Shown: in pieces, positions 32,368 through 41,796 of the stretch
Position numbering within the stretch: position 1 is the stretch's first letter
Layout of the letters: each line of letters begins with the position of its first letter
Source: an uncultured cyanobacterium
GTDB taxonomy: Bacteria; Cyanobacteriota; Cyanobacteriia; Cyanobacteriales; Nostocaceae
DNA length: 64,000 nucleotides
NCBI GenBank assembly: GCA_963740315.1
Contig: CAVUDP010000003.1
Coordinates: 384,001 to 448,000 of the forward strand
Direction of reading: 5' to 3'
Translations under genes and position numbers: made by a program
Notes under the pieces: model-generated
What the model was told of the DNA's origin: nothing
What the model saw: the letters and a program-made list of their open reading frames with translations, nothing else
Database searches by the model: none

Positions 32368-34635
32368 ATGACAATTACACCATCTGAGATTAAATATCGG
32401 CGCAATCTTCGCAAAAGAATATTTAAAGTTAGAACTGCAACTCTATTTTTATTAAGCATTATTATTTTATCAGCGGTTATTGTTGCAGCTTGGTTTGCTG
32501 GGGAAAATCAAATCAATGCAATTTTTGCTCAAGTTAATTTTTTGCAACGAAATCCGCCGATGTGGCTGGAAGCACCGATGGTGACGGCAAAGTATTTGTT
32601 AGCTCCAACTGTAGCTTTGTTAATAGCTGTTTGGGCTGTAATGAAAATTTCTCCTCAACCCCGTATTTGGTCTAGAAGATTAGTAGTTGGAATATTATTA
32701 TTATTAACTGGTAGATATGTTTTATGGCGCTCTTTATCAACTCTAAACCTTGAAACTCCTTTGAGTGGGGCTTTTAGTTTGGCTTTATTTGGTTTGGAAA
32801 TGATGGTGTTATTCAGCGCTACAATTCAGTTATTTTTAATGCTGAATGTTAAAGAACGCCCTCATGATGCAGATAGAAATTCAATTGCTGTTATTGAAGG
32901 AGAATTTAATCCTAACGTTGATGTTTTGATTCCAACTTATAACGAACCAGCATTTATTTTACGAAGAACTATTATCGGCTGTCAAGCTTTAGAATACGAG
33001 AATAAAACTATTTATTTATTAGATGATACCCGCCGTCCGGAAATGAAAGCTTTAGCTGAAGAGTTGGGATGCGAATATATTAGCAGGCTAGAAAATCATC
33101 ACGCAAAAGCGGGTAATCTAAATCATGCATTCCCCAAAATTAATGGAGAATTAATCGTTGTTTTTGATGCTGATTTTATTCCTACCTCAAACTTTCTCAC
33201 CCGTACAGTAGGCTTTTTCCAAGACGAACAAGTAGCTTTGGTACAAACACCCCAAAGCTTTTATAATGCAGATCCCATCGCCCATAATTTAGGTTTAGAA
33301 AACGTCGTTACTCCAGAAGAAGAAGTATTTTACAGACAAATTCAACCGATAAAAGATAGTGCCGGAAGTGTAGTTTGTGCAGGAACTTCCTTTGTTGTCA
33401 GACGCAGTGCTTTAGAAAAAAGTGGTGGTTTTGTCACCGAATCTCTCAGCGAAGATTATTTTACAGGAATTAATTTATCAGCTAAAGGTTACAAACTTAT
33501 TTACTTAGATGAAAAACTGAGTGCGGGGTTAGCTGCTGAAAATATTGGCGCACACGCAACACAACGCATCCGCTGGGCGCAAGGTACTTTACAAGCATTT
33601 TTTATTAAATCAAATCCCCTAACAATTCGCGGATTACGACCATTACAAAGACTAGCTCATTTAGAAGGATTGCTCAACTGGTTTTCTAGCATTTCTCGCG
33701 TCGGATTTCTATTAATGCCTTTAGCGTACTCATTTTTAGGCATTATCCCCATACAGGCAACTGTAGAAGAAGCGCTTTATTTCCTTCTACCTTTCTACCT
33801 TACCCAACTAACAGTATTTTCTTGGTTAAATTCACATTCTCGTTCTGCCATCCTATCAGAAATCTATAGTATAGCCTTAGCTTTCCCCTTAGCATTGACG
33901 GTAATTCAAGTAATGTTAAATCCATTTTCTAAAGGGTTTAAAGTTACACCGAAAGGAACCGCAAGTAATAAATTTTATTTCAACTGGAATTTAGCCTTAC
34001 CTTTAATTATCTTATTTATAGCTAATGCTGTTAGTTTGTGGCGCAATTTAGGAATGTGTTTGGCGCTATTATGGCAGCAAGCAAGCAATCCTCAAGTAGT
34101 AGAACATTTTCAAGGTTTAGATTTAGGATGGATATGGAGTCTTTACAACTTGATGTTAATTGGAATCTCCTTATTAATATTGCTTGATGCACCAAAAGCC
34201 GATGTTTACGAGTGGTTTGACTTGCGAAGAGTTGTACGTTTAAATATTGACGAAAAAACCGTTTGGGGAGTAACTACAATGATTTCCGAAATAGGTGCAG
34301 AAATCGCATTGACTCAACAAATACCTCCTGAATTGACTCCCAATCGATCGCTAAAACTAGAAATAGCCGAAGAAAACTTACAGCTAAATGCAGAGATTAT
34401 AAGCACCGGCATTAAAGATGAATTTCCGACAATTCGAGTTAGATTTCCCTTAGTAACTTTACCCCAACATCGCCGCTTAGTAGAAATATTATTCTGTCGT
34501 CCCGGACAATGGAAGCATAAATGTACCCCCGGTGAACTACAATCATTTATACTACTCTTCAAAATCTTACTCAAACCGCGAATATTGTTCGATCGCAAAA
34601 TCGATGTTAGCGCGATCGCAGTTTCTAAAGTGTGA
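32368..34635 (+). CDS. Cellulose-synthase-like GT2 glycosyltransferase with PilZ-like C-terminus
   Basis: 'PTYNE', 'LLDD', 'HAKAGNLN', 'FDADF', 'QTPQ', 'SED', 'QRIRW' (D,D,D,QxxRW). Confidence 0.9.
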   Translation: MTITPSEIKYRRNLRKRIFKVRTATLFLLSIIILSAVIVAAWFAGENQINAIFAQVNFLQRNPPMWLEAPMVTAKYLLAPTVALLIAVWAVMKISPQPRIWSRRLVVGILLLLTGRYVLWRSLSTLNLETPLSGAFSLALFGLEMMVLFSATIQLFLMLNVKERPHDADRNSIAVIEGEFNPNVDVLIPTYNEPAFILRRTIIGCQALEYENKTIYLLDDTRRPEMKALAEELGCEYISRLENHHAKAGNLNHAFPKINGELIVVFDADFIPTSNFLTRTVGFFQDEQVALVQTPQSFYNADPIAHNLGLENVVTPEEEVFYRQIQPIKDSAGSVVCAGTSFVVRRSALEKSGGFVTESLSEDYFTGINLSAKGYKLIYLDEKLSAGLAAENIGAHATQRIRWAQGTLQAFFIKSNPLTIRGLRPLQRLAHLEGLLNWFSSISRVGFLLMPLAYSFLGIIPIQATVEEALYFLLPFYLTQLTVFSWLNSHSRSAILSEIYSIALAFPLALTVIQVMLNPFSKGFKVTPKGTASNKFYFNWNLALPLIILFIANAVSLWRNLGMCLALLWQQASNPQVVEHFQGLDLGWIWSLYNLMLIGISLLILLDAPKADVYEWFDLRRVVRLNIDEKTVWGVTTMISEIGAEIALTQQIPPELTPNRSLKLEIAEENLQLNAEIISTGIKDEFPTIRVRFPLVTLPQHRRLVEILFCRPGQWKHKCTPGELQSFILLFKILLKPRILFDRKIDVSAIAVSKV

Positions 34636-34817
34636 TAATTCTTCGTAGGGTGTGTTGTCGCGACAGCGCAACGCACCTTATTAATTACGGTGGTTTTGGT
34701 GCGTTAGGCTGAAGCCATAACACACCCTACAATACTTTTTTTAATAATCACAAACGGAATTAACCTAAATTTAGGTTCAAAAAATGTAGATATCTCCGCA
34801 CTGCTACAACCTTTTAA

Positions 34818-36518
34818 TCATTCGCCTATCTCTCCCTGAATACGAACATAATCGGCAGAAGTATTTGCAACCTTGGGAATCAAATTAACCGAATTCGGCA
34901 TAATCGTTTGTAAACTACCCAAAACTCCTAATAACAAACTTCCACAATACAAGCTTGCTAAAATTACTCTCGTCATCCGCTTGCTGTAAAAACAGTGATA
35001 TCTTTCATGCAAATTTTTTACCAACAAATATCTGCTGTTAAATGGTAAATTGTGATAATCAAACTGCTGTAAATACTGAAATAGCGAATATAAAATATTG
35101 TCTTGATTTTCAGGTGGATTTTTTCGGAAAGACTTTTGTATTTTAGAATTGATTTTAGCGGCACGATAGCTGTGTACTATATTAAAAGTTAGAGGAATAG
35201 TTAGTAAAAATAAAAAAGGATGCATTATTCCCAATAAACTGATGATAATTGCCCCAAAGGCTTTGAAAACAACATCGCTATAGGGAAAACGAGAAAACAG
35301 TAAAATATCTACTATTTGTCCGCCATCGAGGGGGTAAATCGGTAATAAATTGAATAAATTTAAGCAAATTAATATCCAGCTTGCTTGTTTTACCCAAGTG
35401 GAATAACTGGCATCTTTAAAGATAATTGCTAATCCTATTCCCAAAATTAATCCGGGTATTGGTCCAGCTAAAGATACACAAAATTTTTGAATAATGGTAG
35501 CATCATCTTTACGAGCAGTAGCCACAGCGCCAAGAAAAGGTAGGAAGAGTAAAGAAGCATCACGATAGCCGCAAAGTTTCATTGCTAATAAATGTCCGCC
35601 TTCGTGAAGTATTAATGCGGCAATAAAAATAATTAAAGTTTGAGTACCAAAATATTTTGTGGAAGTAACTATAAATAAAGTAAAACTTCCTAATATCAAC
35701 CAAGGACGTAATTTTTTACTAATAAGTCCCCGCTGCAATTGTTCCATCCGTCGAAATCCCTCTACTTCCAATTCCACAGGAATTTCTACTAATATATTGC
35801 TTTTTGCTTGCCGTCGTTGCTTTAAACCTGTACTATAGTTTTTCTCAATTCTGTTTCGCGTCAGTTTTATTGCTAGTTTTTCATTTAAACGAAATATCTT
35901 ACCTGAAATTGGTAATATATGTTTTGATATGATTAATGAATCAATATAGTTGCTAAAATATATTTGCAGCGCTTCGGTAAAAGCTGACGGTGATAAAATA
36001 TCGGGTTTTTTCTTTACTCTTAACTTGCTCAATCTATCTTGATGAAACTGCCATTGCTCCGATGTTTGAGCAATATAAGAATCTTGCAGAATAAAGTGAG
36101 GAATTTTATCTATAACTGTATCTCTCTTACCATTTGTTGTTACTAAAAAAGTTTTATCTACAAAAAAATTATAGAATTCAATATCAAATAAATTTACTGG
36201 ATCTATCGGATAACGTATCCCAATTTTTGCATAGCTGTTAAAAGTTTCGTTATATAGTAAAATTTCCCAAGCGATATCGGGATAAACCTTTAACATTGGT
36301 TTTACCTGCAAATAGCAGCTTGGCTGAAAACCGAAAATTTGAAGTTCTTGAATGGGAATCAAAAACAACTTTTGCAGATAATCCGGAATATTTTCGACTG
36401 CTTGCACTCTTATGCTGGGGTATTGCAGCGTCACCTTACAAAGCTGTAAAAAAGTAATCAGATACGAGAAACTAACTAACAGCCCATAAATGAAAATAGG
36501 GTAAAGTAAATACTGCAT
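34818..36518 (-). CDS. Site-2 (M50) membrane metalloprotease
   Basis: 'HEGGH', 'AGP', 'NLLPIYPLDGG'. Confidence 0.88.
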   Translation of the reverse strand: MQYLLYPIFIYGLLVSFSYLITFLQLCKVTLQYPSIRVQAVENIPDYLQKLFLIPIQELQIFGFQPSCYLQVKPMLKVYPDIAWEILLYNETFNSYAKIGIRYPIDPVNLFDIEFYNFFVDKTFLVTTNGKRDTVIDKIPHFILQDSYIAQTSEQWQFHQDRLSKLRVKKKPDILSPSAFTEALQIYFSNYIDSLIISKHILPISGKIFRLNEKLAIKLTRNRIEKNYSTGLKQRRQAKSNILVEIPVELEVEGFRRMEQLQRGLISKKLRPWLILGSFTLFIVTSTKYFGTQTLIIFIAALILHEGGHLLAMKLCGYRDASLLFLPFLGAVATARKDDATIIQKFCVSLAGPIPGLILGIGLAIIFKDASYSTWVKQASWILICLNLFNLLPIYPLDGGQIVDILLFSRFPYSDVVFKAFGAIIISLLGIMHPFLFLLTIPLTFNIVHSYRAAKINSKIQKSFRKNPPENQDNILYSLFQYLQQFDYHNLPFNSRYLLVKNLHERYHCFYSKRMTRVILASLYCGSLLLGVLGSLQTIMPNSVNLIPKVANTSADYVRIQGEIGE

Positions 36519-36699
36519 ATTATGTAATAAATAAAACCATACTTATCATTCCCAATATCTAACCAGATTTATCATTCGTAACGCTAATAGTTGGTTTTAC
36601 CTAAATTGCTCTATCTCCACAGGAATATAACAAAAAGACATAATTAACTTAAAATGTTGTCTTGGTAAAGAAACTATTAAAACCACCACAAAACGAAAA

Positions 36700-37365
36700 A
36701 TGTCTAAGCAAACACTGGGATTAGAAAATCACATATATCAATATTTACTATCAGTATCTATACGGGAACCGGAAGTTTTATCAAAATTACGTGAAGAAAC
36801 CGCAAATCATCCCAGAAATATCATGCAAATCTCACCAGAGCAAGGACAGTTTATGTCTTTATTGGTGCAATTAATGGGAGCCAAGAAAGCTTTAGAAATC
36901 GGTGTTTTTACAGGCTATAGTTCCTTAGTGGTTGCCCTAGCACTGCCGCCAGAAGGTAAGATGGTTGCCTGCGATGTCAGCGAAGAGTATACATCTATAG
37001 CCCGTCATTACTGGGAACAAGCAGGAGTAGCCGATAAAATCGATTTACGTATAGCACCGGCGATCGCCACTCTCGATCAATTAATCGCAGCAGGTGAAGC
37101 GGATAGTTTTGATTTTGCCTTCATCGACGCAGATAAAAGCAGCTACGATGATTATTACGAAAGAGCATTAAAATTAATTCGTCCCGGTGGATTAATCGCC
37201 ATAGATAACGTATTGTGGTCAGGACAAGTAGCAGATTCAAAAATTCAAGATAATAGAACTAAGAAAATTCGCACTTTAAACGAAAAAATTCATCAAGACG
37301 AGCGAGTCACCATCAGCATGATACCGATTGGAGATGGTTTGACATTAGCAAGAAGGAAAGGTTAA
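36700..37365 (+). CDS. Caffeoyl-CoA-type class I O-methyltransferase
   Basis: 'EIGVFTGYS', 'FIDADK', 'IAIDNVLWSG'. Confidence 0.92.
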   Translation: MSKQTLGLENHIYQYLLSVSIREPEVLSKLREETANHPRNIMQISPEQGQFMSLLVQLMGAKKALEIGVFTGYSSLVVALALPPEGKMVACDVSEEYTSIARHYWEQAGVADKIDLRIAPAIATLDQLIAAGEADSFDFAFIDADKSSYDDYYERALKLIRPGGLIAIDNVLWSGQVADSKIQDNRTKKIRTLNEKIHQDERVTISMIPIGDGLTLARRKG

Positions 37366-37443
37366 AGGTCTGCATGTTAAAGGTCTGCATGTTAAAGGTT
37401 AGGAATTTTTTCTACCCCCTCTCCCCCTCTCCCCATCTCCCCA

Positions 37444-38313
37444 TCATTCCTTCTGCCGCTTCTTCTCCTGCATTTTGGCTTTTTTCTCTTCGGTGAGATT
37501 ATCAAAACAGTGGGGACAGGAAATTCCTGATTCGTATTTGGAAGATTCCTTATCTGTGTCGGAAATGGGATGTCCGCAACCCGCACACATATCGTAGGAA
37601 CCGGGTTCTAAACCATGACGCACGGCTATACGTTCGTCAAAAACGAAACATTCGCCATTCCATAAACTTTCTTCTTTGGGTACTTCTTCTAAATATTTGA
37701 GAATGCCGCCTTTGAGGTGATAAACTTGTTCAAAACCTTGGGAAAGTAAGTAGGAAGTGGCTTTTTCGCAGCGAATTCCTCCGGTACAGAACATTGCTAC
37801 TTTCTTATTGCGATCGCGATTTAAGTTTTTATTAGCGTATTCTGGAAATTCACGAAATGATTCAGTTTGCGGGTTTGCAGCGAATTGAAAAGTACCAATA
37901 CTTACTTCATAATCGTTGCGGGTATCAATCACCGTCACATCTGGATCGGAAATAATCTCATTCCAATCTTTGGGATTAACATAAGTTCCAACTTTTTCGC
38001 TGGGGTTAACTTCCGATAAACCCAAAGTCACAATTTCCTTTTTTAACTTTACCTTTATCCGTTGAAACGGCGGAGATTCTGCGGTAGATTCCTTGCATTC
38101 CAAATCTGTAAAACGGGAATCGGAACGCAAAAAGTTGATAACCGCATCAATTCCCTGACGACAACCTGCGATCGTTCCGTTGATACCTTCTTCTGCCAGT
38201 AAAATAGTTCCCTTTATTTCTTGTGATTCGCAGATAGATAATAAAGGCTGTTGTTTTTCAGCGTAATCTGGCAATTTGACAAATTTATATAATGTGGCAA
38301 CTATTACAGACAT
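37444..38313 (-). CDS. trhO: Rhodanese-domain tRNA uridine(34) hydroxylase (YceA/UPF0176)
   Basis: 'EGINGT', 'DTRNDYE', 'CTGGIRCEK', '[10 protein letters not shown]', 'CFVFDER'; likely start ATG 38313. Confidence 0.88.
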   Translation of the reverse strand: MSVIVATLYKFVKLPDYAEKQQPLLSICESQEIKGTILLAEEGINGTIAGCRQGIDAVINFLRSDSRFTDLECKESTAESPPFQRIKVKLKKEIVTLGLSEVNPSEKVGTYVNPKDWNEIISDPDVTVIDTRNDYEVSIGTFQFAANPQTESFREFPEYANKNLNRDRNKKVAMFCTGGIRCEKATSYLLSQGFEQVYHLKGGILKYLEEVPKEESLWNGECFVFDERIAVRHGLEPGSYDMCAGCGHPISDTDKESSKYESGISCPHCFDNLTEEKKAKMQEKKRQKE

Positions 38314-38433
38314 AGTAATTTTAGATTTTAGATTATTTGAAATAATAATTTTATCTAAAGCTGCGCTTAATAGTGCTTTTGTTAATAAGGTTCGTAGTAA
38401 GGGCTTAAGCCCTCTAAGGACGCGCATTCCCTA

Positions 38434-38802
38434 CTACAAACCTATAGGTACTTTTTTCTCTTTCTTATTTCCAGTTTCCAAACTTAAAGATTCACCGCTG
38501 CGTCTAGCTTCCCAAGGACCATAATCTAAACTACTAATATTCCATTGTCCTTGGATATAATCTTCATCTTCGGAAATTGTGCCAACATATTCCACAGCAT
38601 CAGACGAAGAAGTAAAATAACTTTTAATAAAGCTAATGTGACGACCTACAACTTCACCGCTCAACTTAGCTTCTCCCAAATAGCTATCATCTAAAACCCT
38701 GCCAGTCAAACTATTCCCGCTTTGCACGAGTACAACTTCAAAGCGAGTCGGATTTCCATGTTGCCAATAAGTTCCCAACCAAGTACCGTTTACATCAGCC
38801 AT
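38434..38802 (-). CDS. Hypothetical beta-rich protein
   Basis: Clean 122-aa ATG ORF: 'GTWLGTY...Y.G......I.G.W'. Confidence 0.7.
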   Translation of the reverse strand: MADVNGTWLGTYWQHGNPTRFEVVLVQSGNSLTGRVLDDSYLGEAKLSGEVVGRHISFIKSYFTSSSDAVEYVGTISEDEDYIQGQWNISSLDYGPWEARRSGESLSLETGNKKEKKVPIGL

Positions 38803-38933
38803 AACAGTGAGCAGTTAACAGTTAATAGTTAGGAGTTAGTAATTTACAAATTATCATTCCCCTTGTCCCCTTGTCTCCCCATCTCCCCATCTCCCTATCT
38901 CCCCCTCTCCCTTCCAATCCCCTATTCCCAATT

Positions 38934-39557
38934 TTAAGAATGTTTAAATACTACCGAAAGATTGTTTGCTGGCATAGTCACGGTTTTTTGTAGAGTCAGA
39001 TCGTGCTTGCTGGCGACTTCTACTACGTCTTCTAAGTTACGTACTCCCCATTCGGGGTTTTGTTCTTGTAAATATTCGTCAAAGTTAGCGTTGGAAGGCG
39101 CTGTATGTTCTCCATCTTGTTTGTATGGACCGTATAAATACAGAATACCTCCTGGTGAAAGTATACGACCGGCAGCCGCCATTAGTCCCAAACAAGCAGA
39201 CCAAGGTGAGATGTGAATCATATTAATATTGGCGATCGCACAAATATCTGATACGGACGATAATACTTCTTTTTCTACCTCCCAAACGGGCTGAGAAGCA
39301 TCAATATCCAGGGGTTGAGAAAGATTTTCGCTGGGGGAATCTTTAATCCATGCTGCAATACTTTCACGCAGCGAAGGATTGGTGTCAGAAGGAATCCATT
39401 TGCGAGGTTTTAACCTGGGTGCAAGGTATACAGCGTGTTCTCCGGTACCGCTAGCAATTTCTAAAATGGTGCCAGTGGGTGGTAAAACTTCTAAAAGTAC
39501 TTGTAAAATCGGTTCGCGGTTGCGCTGGGTTGCTTGGGCGTATTTTCTTCCGTCCAC
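38934..39557 (-). CDS. DUF938-family SAM-dependent methyltransferase
   Basis: 'ATQRNREPIL', 'LEIASGTGEH', 'NMIHISPW', 'YGPY', 'MPANN'; likely start GTG 39557 after GGAG (ORF extends to 39686). Confidence 0.85.
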   Translation of the reverse strand: MDGRKYAQATQRNREPILQVLLEVLPPTGTILEIASGTGEHAVYLAPRLKPRKWIPSDTNPSLRESIAAWIKDSPSENLSQPLDIDASQPVWEVEKEVLSSVSDICAIANINMIHISPWSACLGLMAAAGRILSPGGILYLYGPYKQDGEHTAPSNANFDEYLQEQNPEWGVRNLEDVVEVASKHDLTLQKTVTMPANNLSVVFKHS

Positions 39558-39693
39558 TATCTCTTCTCCCGGAAAACGCTCGATCACATTTAGCTTATCA
39601 TTTGTAGGAAAATAATTGCCGCCCTCATTCTGGAAGACTGGGGAAGCAGGATTACAAAGTTCACCGTAAGGTGGGCTAAATTCCAATGTGTTT

Positions 39694-40848
39694 TTAGATA
39701 AGTTGATGAATTTGATTTACTGCGCTGACTAACAAAGTGGATGCTTTATCAATTTCTTCTTCGGTTGTAAATTTGCCAATACCAATTCTTAAAGCTCCCT
39801 CGGTTATATTCTCCGAAAGATTCATCGCTTGTAAAACATGAGATGGAGCCATTGTTCCCGATGCACAAGAAGCACCTGTGGAAATAGCTAATAGAGTACG
39901 CACTCTAGCAATAATGGCACTATTAGGAATTCCAGGGACGGAAATATGTAAGTTACCCGATAAACGGTTGTTTAAGTCTCCATTAATAGCTAAATCGGGA
40001 ATTTGAGCTTGCAGCGATTGTTGTAGTTTGTCTCGGAGAATTGCGATCGCGCTTTCGTCTGCTTCCATTTCCAATCTTCTTAATTCACAAGCTTCTCCTA
40101 ATCCAGCTATTCCGGAAACATTAAGCGTACCGGATCTTATTCCCTGCTGATGTCCACCACCATGAATAATAGGTTGAAGATGGTAGCCTTTTTTAACTAC
40201 TAATGCACCAATTCCTTTGGGAGCATAAAGTTTATGACCGGAAATCGCAAGATAGGTAATACCCCAATCTTGGAAGTTGATGGGAATTTTACCAACTGCT
40301 TGAGAAGCATCGCATAAGAAAGGAATATTATATTTTTGAGCTATTAAACCAATTTTTGGAATTGGGTAAATTGTCCCTACTTCATTGTTCGCAGCCATCA
40401 TACAAAGTAAGGAAGCACCTTCAGAACAAACTTTTTCTAGATGTTCTAAATCAATCTGAGCTTGTCGATTAACTTTTAACCAAATAATTTCAACAAGTCC
40501 TTTTTTCGCTAATGCTTCGCAGGTATCTAAAACTGCTTTATGTTCAATTGGAGAAACAATTATTTTTGAGATGGTATTCTGTTGAGTATGTCCTTGAATT
40601 ACTAAATTAATGCTTTCTGTGGCACCAGAAGTAAAAATGATTTCCTTTGGAGAAGCGTCTATTGATTCAGCTATTTGTTGACGAGCTTGTTTAACTGCTT
40701 GTGCTGCTTCATCTCCGTAACTATGATCCAAGCTATTAGCATTACCAAAAGTATTAGTCATATAGTACATGACTTTTTCTGCTACTCTAGGGTCAACGGG
40801 AGTAGTTGAATGGTAATCAAGGTAAATTATATTTTCTTGTTTACTCAT
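39694..40848 (-). CDS. Group I cysteine desulfurase (SspA/DndA-like by context)
   Basis: 'YLDYHSTTP', 'FTSGATES', PLP Lys in 'SGHKLYAPKG', 'RSGT', catalytic Cys in 'STGASCAS'. Confidence 0.92.
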   Translation of the reverse strand: MSKQENIIYLDYHSTTPVDPRVAEKVMYYMTNTFGNANSLDHSYGDEAAQAVKQARQQIAESIDASPKEIIFTSGATESINLVIQGHTQQNTISKIIVSPIEHKAVLDTCEALAKKGLVEIIWLKVNRQAQIDLEHLEKVCSEGASLLCMMAANNEVGTIYPIPKIGLIAQKYNIPFLCDASQAVGKIPINFQDWGITYLAISGHKLYAPKGIGALVVKKGYHLQPIIHGGGHQQGIRSGTLNVSGIAGLGEACELRRLEMEADESAIAILRDKLQQSLQAQIPDLAINGDLNNRLSGNLHISVPGIPNSAIIARVRTLLAISTGASCASGTMAPSHVLQAMNLSENITEGALRIGIGKFTTEEEIDKASTLLVSAVNQIHQLI

Positions 40849-40854
40849 TTTTTA

Positions 40855-41796
40855 TTATTTGATTCGGTAAAAGACTTCTGAATAATTAGGAACTGAGAGA
40901 GCATAGCGCGAAGGTAGAAAATAAAGTAACCATCTCATCAAAGTTTGCCATGCTCGTTCGGGGTTAAAATTAGGAAGATTAGTATAGAGTAAAGATGCTA
41001 AAAAGTCTCTAACAGCACCGAATCGTTGAGGAGTTTCAACAAAATTATCTATTTCTTGAATTACTGGTTTTTCTAAAAGCAGAATACCAACGCAAGCATT
41101 AAAGTTATTTTGATTCAGATTAGGAATAATACTTAAATATTTTAAATCATTGATGGCATTATTACGCGCTATCGCTGTAAGTTTATCTTCTTTTCCACCA
41201 TAAGCGAGAAAAAGTTCTTCTGGATTTCTTAAAGTTGGTATCCAATTTTCATTAGTTACGATATCTGAAGATAAATCAACTGTTAATCGCAGTTCATCAA
41301 TAGGAATATTTTGATTTTGGATTTGATTGATTCTAGTAAAATATTCTTCGTATAGTTGCTCATCAACTTTAATGCATTTTTGGAATAATTCTAGTTCAAA
41401 CTCTGGTAACAAAGAATGATTAGCTGGAAGTTGAACTAGAAGTTCTAAATTCGGACGTTTAGACCATCCTAAAGCTTTCGCGGTTAAATTCGCCGAGCCA
41501 ATTAAACATTGGTCATCGGCTCGATAATATTTAGCGTGTAAGTCATTCCTCAGCCATAAAGAAGCATAAGGATGAGATTGAACGATCGCCCATACTTCTA
41601 AGTCGCTAACTCCTATTGTAATTTCTTCTATTAACCAGCGAGTAACGCATTTAATAGCAATCTGTGGATTAATATAAGAAAAGATTTCTTCTAAGACAGC
41701 AGCTTTAATAAAAGGTGCAGCAATTAAGATTTCTGTTTGAGCGGTATTACATAATTTTTTGAGTTGAGTGCCTAACAAATCCATGTCATGACTCAT
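40855..41796 (-). CDS. Phospholipase-D-superfamily (HKD) putative nuclease
   Basis: 'APFI' and a single 'LHAKYYRADD..IGSANLT...N.E' motif (HxK-x4-D...GSxN). Confidence 0.8.
   Translation of the reverse strand: MSHDMDLLGTQLKKLCNTAQTEILIAAPFIKAAVLEEIFSYINPQIAIKCVTRWLIEEITIGVSDLEVWAIVQSHPYASLWLRNDLHAKYYRADDQCLIGSANLTAKALGWSKRPNLELLVQLPANHSLLPEFELELFQKCIKVDEQLYEEYFTRINQIQNQNIPIDELRLTVDLSSDIVTNENWIPTLRNPEELFLAYGGKEDKLTAIARNNAINDLKYLSIIPNLNQNNFNACVGILLLEKPVIQEIDNFVETPQRFGAVRDFLASLLYTNLPNFNPERAWQTLMRWLLYFLPSRYALSVPNYSEVFYRIK

Noticed and set aside
37444..38313. Rhodanese as sulfur carrier for the PT cluster
   Set aside because: Motifs match the widespread TrhO/YceA tRNA hydroxylase, so proximity is probably coincidental.
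39694..40848. Housekeeping iscS/nifS
   Set aside because: No iscU/nifU/suf neighbours, and it abuts the PLD gene of the cluster.
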